From the human T2T-CHM13v2.0 reference genome, Homo sapiens, in the NCBI RefSeq assembly GCF_009914755.1, contig NC_060934.1: 64,000 bases of DNA. One strand, 5' to 3'. Below the pieces are notes generated by a model. That model had not been told where the DNA came from, ran no database searches, and saw only the letters and a list, made by a program, of their open reading frames with translations. A program made the translations under genes and the position numbers. This document shows, one piece after another, positions 58,860-64,000 of this stretch (positions within the stretch are counted from its first letter, which is position 1; the number at the start of each line of letters is the position of its first letter).

Positions 58860-59414
58860 GGCTCTAGAACTAGAAATACCATTTGACCCAGCCATCCCAT
58901 TACTGGGTATATACCCAAAGGATTATAAATCATGCTGCTATAAAGACACATGCACATGTATGTTTATTGTGACACTATTCACAATAGCAAAGACTTGGAA
59001 TCAATCCAAATGTCCAACAATGATAGACTGGATTAAGAAAATGTGGCACATATACACCATGGAATACTATGCAGCCATAACAAATGATGAGTTCATGTCC
59101 TTTGTAGGGACATGGATGAAGCTGGAAACCATCATTCTCAGCAAACTATCACAAGGACAAAAAACCAAACACCGCATGTTCTCACTCATAGGTGGAATTT
59201 GAACAATGAGAACACTTGGACACAGGAAGGGGACCATCACACACCAGGGCCTGTTGTGGGGTCGGGGGAGAGGGGAGGGATAGCATTAGGAGATATACCC
59301 AATGTAAATTATGAGTTAATGGGTGCAGCACACCAACATGGCGCATGTATACATATGTAACAAACCTTCACGTTGTGCACATGTACCCTAAAACTTAAAA
59401 TATAATAATAAAAA
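58860..59414 (+). mobile_element. 5'-truncated L1PA4/5-type element (ORF2 C-terminus and 3'UTR)
   Basis: Perfect 16-bp TSD aaaagaccctgcttag at 58844-58859 and 59415-59430; ORF WIKKMWHIYTMEYYAAI. Confidence 0.97.
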
Positions 59415-59820
59415 AAAAGACCCTGCTTAGAACTTGTGGCACTTGCTTTTCCTCCCTTATACCTAAATATTTTAATCCTCATTTTACAGATTTTTAAAAC
59501 TTGGAATTTCTCTTTAATCAAATGCTGTTTCCATCCCAAAATAGGTATTACTGTTCAGAAATGAGCCTAACAGAGACTCCTGGTTTACAGGAACATGCCC
59601 ATGGCCTGACAAAGGAGTATACTCTATATCACTAAATTAATTTGCTTAAAGAAGACAGATGTCTAGAGGAGGCACAGAAGAGTTGTTTCTATTGAACCAA
59701 ACGTACAAATCACAACATTTGAGGAATTAAATAACAAAAAAGGACTCCACTCCAGAATCAGTGGTTTTGTGTCCAAAATAATTTCAAGAGTAAAGGGATT
59801 ATTTTAAAAATTCAGACCAT

Positions 59821-62247
59821 ATAGACCACTAGCTAGCATAAAAAAGAAGATAAAAGAGAGTAAAAGCAAATAAACACAATCAGATAAGGGGGATATCACC
59901 ACTGACCCCACAAAAATACAAACAACCATCGGGGAATACTAAAAACCACCTCTGTGCATATAAACTAGAAAATCTAGAATAAATGGATAAATTCCTAGAT
60001 ACATATACTCTCCCAAAACTTAACCAGGAAGAAATTGAATCCCTGAATAGACCAATAATGAGTTCTGAAATTGAGGCAGTAATAAATAGCCTAGCAACCA
60101 AAAAAAGCCCAGTACCATATAGATTCACAGCTGAATTCTACCAGATATACAAAGAAGAGCTGGTACTATTTCTACTGAAACTATTCCAAAAACTGAAAAG
60201 GAGGGACGCCTCCCTAACTCATTCTATGAGGTCAACATCATCCTGATACCAACACCTGGCAGAGATACAACAAAAAAAGAAACCTTCAGGCCAAAATCCT
60301 TGATGAACATTGATGCAAAAATCCTCAAGAAAATACCGGCAAACCAAATCCAGCAACACATCAAAAAGCTTATCCATGATAATCAAGTCAGTTTCATTCC
60401 TGGGATGCAAGTTTGGTTCAACATATGCAAATCAATAAATGCAATTCATCACATAAACAGAACTGAAGACAAAAACCACATAATTATTTCAACAGATACA
60501 GGAAAGGCCTTTGATAAAATTCAACATCTCTTCATGTTAAAAACTCTCAACAAACTAGGTACTAAAGGAACATACCTCAAAATAACATGACAAACCCACA
60601 GCCAATATCATACTGAATGGGCAAAAGCTGGAAGCATTCCTCTTGAAAAATGGCACAAGACAAGTGTATTAGTCCATTCTCACACTGCTATAAGGATATA
60701 CCTGAGACTACCATTGATATTCTTCATAGAACTAGAAAAAACTATTTTAAAATTCATATGGAACCAAAAATGAGCCCAAATAGCCAAGGCAATCCTAAGC
60801 AGAAAGAACAAGGCTGGAGGCATCATGCTACCCAACTTCAAACTATACTACCAGGCTACAATAACCAAAACAGCATGGTACTGGTACAAAAACAGACACA
60901 TAAACTAATAGAACAGAATACAGAACTCAGAAATAAGAGTACACATCTACAGCCATCTCATCTTTGACAAACCTGACAAAAACAAGCAATGGGGAAATGA
61001 TTCCCTATTTAATAAATGGTGCTGGAATAACTGGCTAGCCATATGCAGAAAACTGAAACTGGACCCCTTCCTTACACCATATACAAAAGTTAACTCAGGA
61101 TGGATTAAAAACTTAGTGTAAAACCCAAAACTATAAAATCCCTAGAAGAAAGTCTAGGCAATACCACTCAGGACATAGGCCCAGGCAAAGATTTCATGAC
61201 GAAATGCCAAAAGCCATTGCAACAAAAGCAAAAACTGACACATGGATCTAATTAAACCAAAGAACTTCTACACAGCAAAAGAAACTATCATCAGAGTGAA
61301 CAGACAACCTACAGAATGGGAGAAAATTTTTGCAATCTATCCAACTGACAAATGTCTAATATCCAGAGTCTACAAGGAACTTAAATTTACAAGAAAAAAA
61401 AACCATTAAAAAGTGGGTAAAGGACATGGGCAGACAATTCTCAAAAGAAGACATACATATGGCCAACTAACAGGAAAAAAAGCTTCATCACTGATCATTA
61501 GAGAAATGCAAATCAAAACCACAATGAGATACCAACTCATGCCAGTCAGAATGACTGTTACTAAAAAGTCAAAAAACAACAGATCCTGGCAAGGCTGCAG
61601 AGAAAAAGGAACGCTTATATACTGTTGGTGGGAAGGTAAATTAGTCCAACCATTGTGGAAGACAGTGTGGTGATTCCTCAAAGACCAAGAGGCAGAAATA
61701 CCATTTGACCCAGCAATCCCATTACTGGGTATACACCCAAAGGAATATAAATCATTCTATTATAAAGATACATGCACACGTACATTCATTGCAGCACTAT
61801 TCATAATAGTAGAGACACGAAATCAACCCAGATGCCCATCAGTGATAGACTGGATAAAGAAAATGTACATATACACCATGGAATACTACGAAGCCATAAA
61901 AAGGAATGAGATCATGCCCTTTGCAGGGACACACATGGCATTGGAAGCCATTATCCTCAGCAAACTAACACAGGAATAGAAAATGAAACACCACATGTTC
62001 TCACTTATAAGTGGGAGCTGAATGATGAGGACACATGGACACAGGAGGGGAACAACACATATTGGGGCCTGCCAGAGAGGGATGGTGGGGGAGGGAGAGC
62101 ATCAGGAAGCATAGCTAATGGATGCTGGACTTAATACCTAGGTGTTGGGATGATCCATGCAGCAAACCACCATGGCACCCGTTTACCTATGTAACAAATC
62201 TGCACATCCTGCACATCTATCCCTGAACTTGAAGAAAAAAAGGTAAA
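59821..62247 (+). mobile_element. 5'-truncated L1PA (PA11-13-like) with RT core deleted
   Basis: ORF2 fragments [11 protein letters not shown] and MNIDAKIL; TSD aaaaattcaga(c/t)cat at 59806-59820 and 62248-62262. Confidence 0.95.
60665..60709 (-). mobile_element. 45-bp terminal remnant of a THE1/MST MaLR LTR inside L1
   Basis: tgtattagtccattctcacactgctataaggatatacctgagact; same LTR end as at 38649. Confidence 0.8.
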
Positions 62248-63244
62248 AAAAATTCAGATCATTGCACTAATTTGGTGACTCTGCTTTTCTCTTTATAAGA
62301 CATGCAGATTAAAGTGTAGTCACATGTGTTCTCCCAGGTTTATGCAAAAGAAATGAAAAATTTTAAATGCCAGGAGCCAATCAAAAACAAATAAGTATTC
62401 CCAGGATTATTAATTCCATACAACCGAGGCTCAGCCAGAATTCCTCTCTGCCATCAATTATCTCAGAAACACCACAGTTATTAAAAGCTACATAAACCAC
62501 CATCTAAAAAAGATAAAGCAGAAAGTTCAACGGGAAATAATTTTGAAATTGACTGGAGACACCACATAAAAATCAAATTAAAAATGCAGACTCCATTAAC
62601 TTGGATTCTGTGACTTTCCAAACTGGGTGGAGTTTAAGTCCACCTTTCAGTCTTTTCCAAGAAAAGGAGACTGCACACATTAGTAAATACAACAGGCAGA
62701 GTAGATATTTTAAGACAATCTACTTTTTTAAATTGTATACATTTGCTTGTAAGCAAACAGACTGCTTAATCACTAACTTTCTTTTCCCTAAGAAGGAATC
62801 TAATCTATGCAAAAATCCTTGGTAGCAAATAATAGGCCACTGCTTCCTGCCTCTTTTCATTACCTCACCAAGCACCCATTTCCAAATTTCCCAATGAAGC
62901 AACTGCAAGTTCTAATCCCTCTATCTAATTTGCATGAAGCTGCGGACTAGCTATCCTGAAGCACAGCTTTTATCAGCCCTACAATACACCCTTCCTGCCA
63001 AAGAGAGTTAACATGCCTTGGACTGGTTTTCAAGGCCAACACCTCTGGCTCCAGCCTTATCTTCTACTGCCCTTCCTCCCAGCCCTCTCCAGCAGCCAGA
63101 CTCCTATACTATCTATCCCGGAACCTTGACTTAAAAAGGCACACTCACCAATCTGCTACCCTGGCATGCCCTGAGATTGTACTAATACACCTGCTCCTCT
63201 GACCCCTCCTCGTCAACCTCCTTTGACAACTTTTACCTCTGCTT

Positions 63245-64000
63245 AAACCCTTGAACTCCTTGGAAAACTGGCTGATTCTAGGTCTGGGGCAAGCAAATAT
63301 TCAAGATGAGCCTGAGCATCCTGGAATGCCAGAAAATAAGGACGTACTAAAACATACACACACTGTAAGAACTCCCGAAGGCCAAAGCTGGAACAACTTG
63401 ACCAACCAAATAAATAATGTAGTATTGCATTATAACCTGAAGCATAAATTAAATATCCATGAATCCATACTAAAAAATAAATCATTGATTAAATAAATGG
63501 GAGCGAATATGCAAACCTTCTGTGCAGAAGAATTCAAAGTAATTTATGTAGACATTCCAACCACAAGGAGAAGCGTAACTTCTCCCTACTCCTTTTGTGT
63601 GGGCTACATATAGTGACTTCCTTCCAAAGGGCACAGTATGGAAAGGGTGAACAAAAGTAACTTGACAGTGGAGAAACCTGCCAAACACTAGCTCAGCTTG
63701 ATCAGGTGATCAAGCTCAATATCAACGTGAGCAGTCATGTTGGTACTATGTACTCTAGATATAATACGATGAAAATGGCACTTCATTTCTGTGATCTTCC
63801 TCACAAAAACCCATAACCCCAATCTAATCATTAGAAAAGCATCAGACAAATCCCAATTAAGGGACATTCTATGAAACACCTGACTGGTACTCCTCAAGAC
63901 TGTCAAGGTCATGAAAAACCAGCAAGGCCTGAGAAACAGTCACCGTCTAGGGCTCAAAAGAGACATGGCAACTAGATGTAATGTGGAATACTGAATGGGA
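63245..64000 (+). mobile_element. L1MC (MC3/4-like) 3' region, runs off the window
   Basis: aaaactggctgattctaggtctggggca; cagtggagaaacctg; atcagacaaatcccaattaagggacattcta. Confidence 0.85.

Overview
This window is primate (almost certainly human) non-coding DNA, not a prokaryotic region. It is mostly interspersed repeats: about 20 Alu-family elements (J, S, Y, one Ya5, plus monomers), two ~2.4-3.7 kb decayed L1PA copies with ORF2 remnants, two short L1PA4/5-type 3' ends with clean target-site duplications (TSDs), old L1M/L2/MIR relics, a solo HERV-H LTR7, MaLR/ERV1/ERVL LTRs, a MER6A Tigger element and hAT MER relics. I can support no host protein-coding exon, RNA gene or CRISPR array; the recognisable ORFs in the track are Alu or L1 read-throughs and the rest look like chance ORFs. 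Repeat orientation and splice signals suggest, but do not prove, a long intron of a gene on the minus strand. I found no convincing new biological system. The best leads are a 91-nt minus-strand cryptic exon with recursive-splicing-like architecture (32390-32480), a three-armed AluYa5/AluY chimera nested in an L1 tail, a short solo LTR7 with one U3 repeat unit, and LTR-plus-deletion scars in both long L1s. Subfamily names come from recalled consensus sequences and need RepeatMasker/Dfam confirmation.
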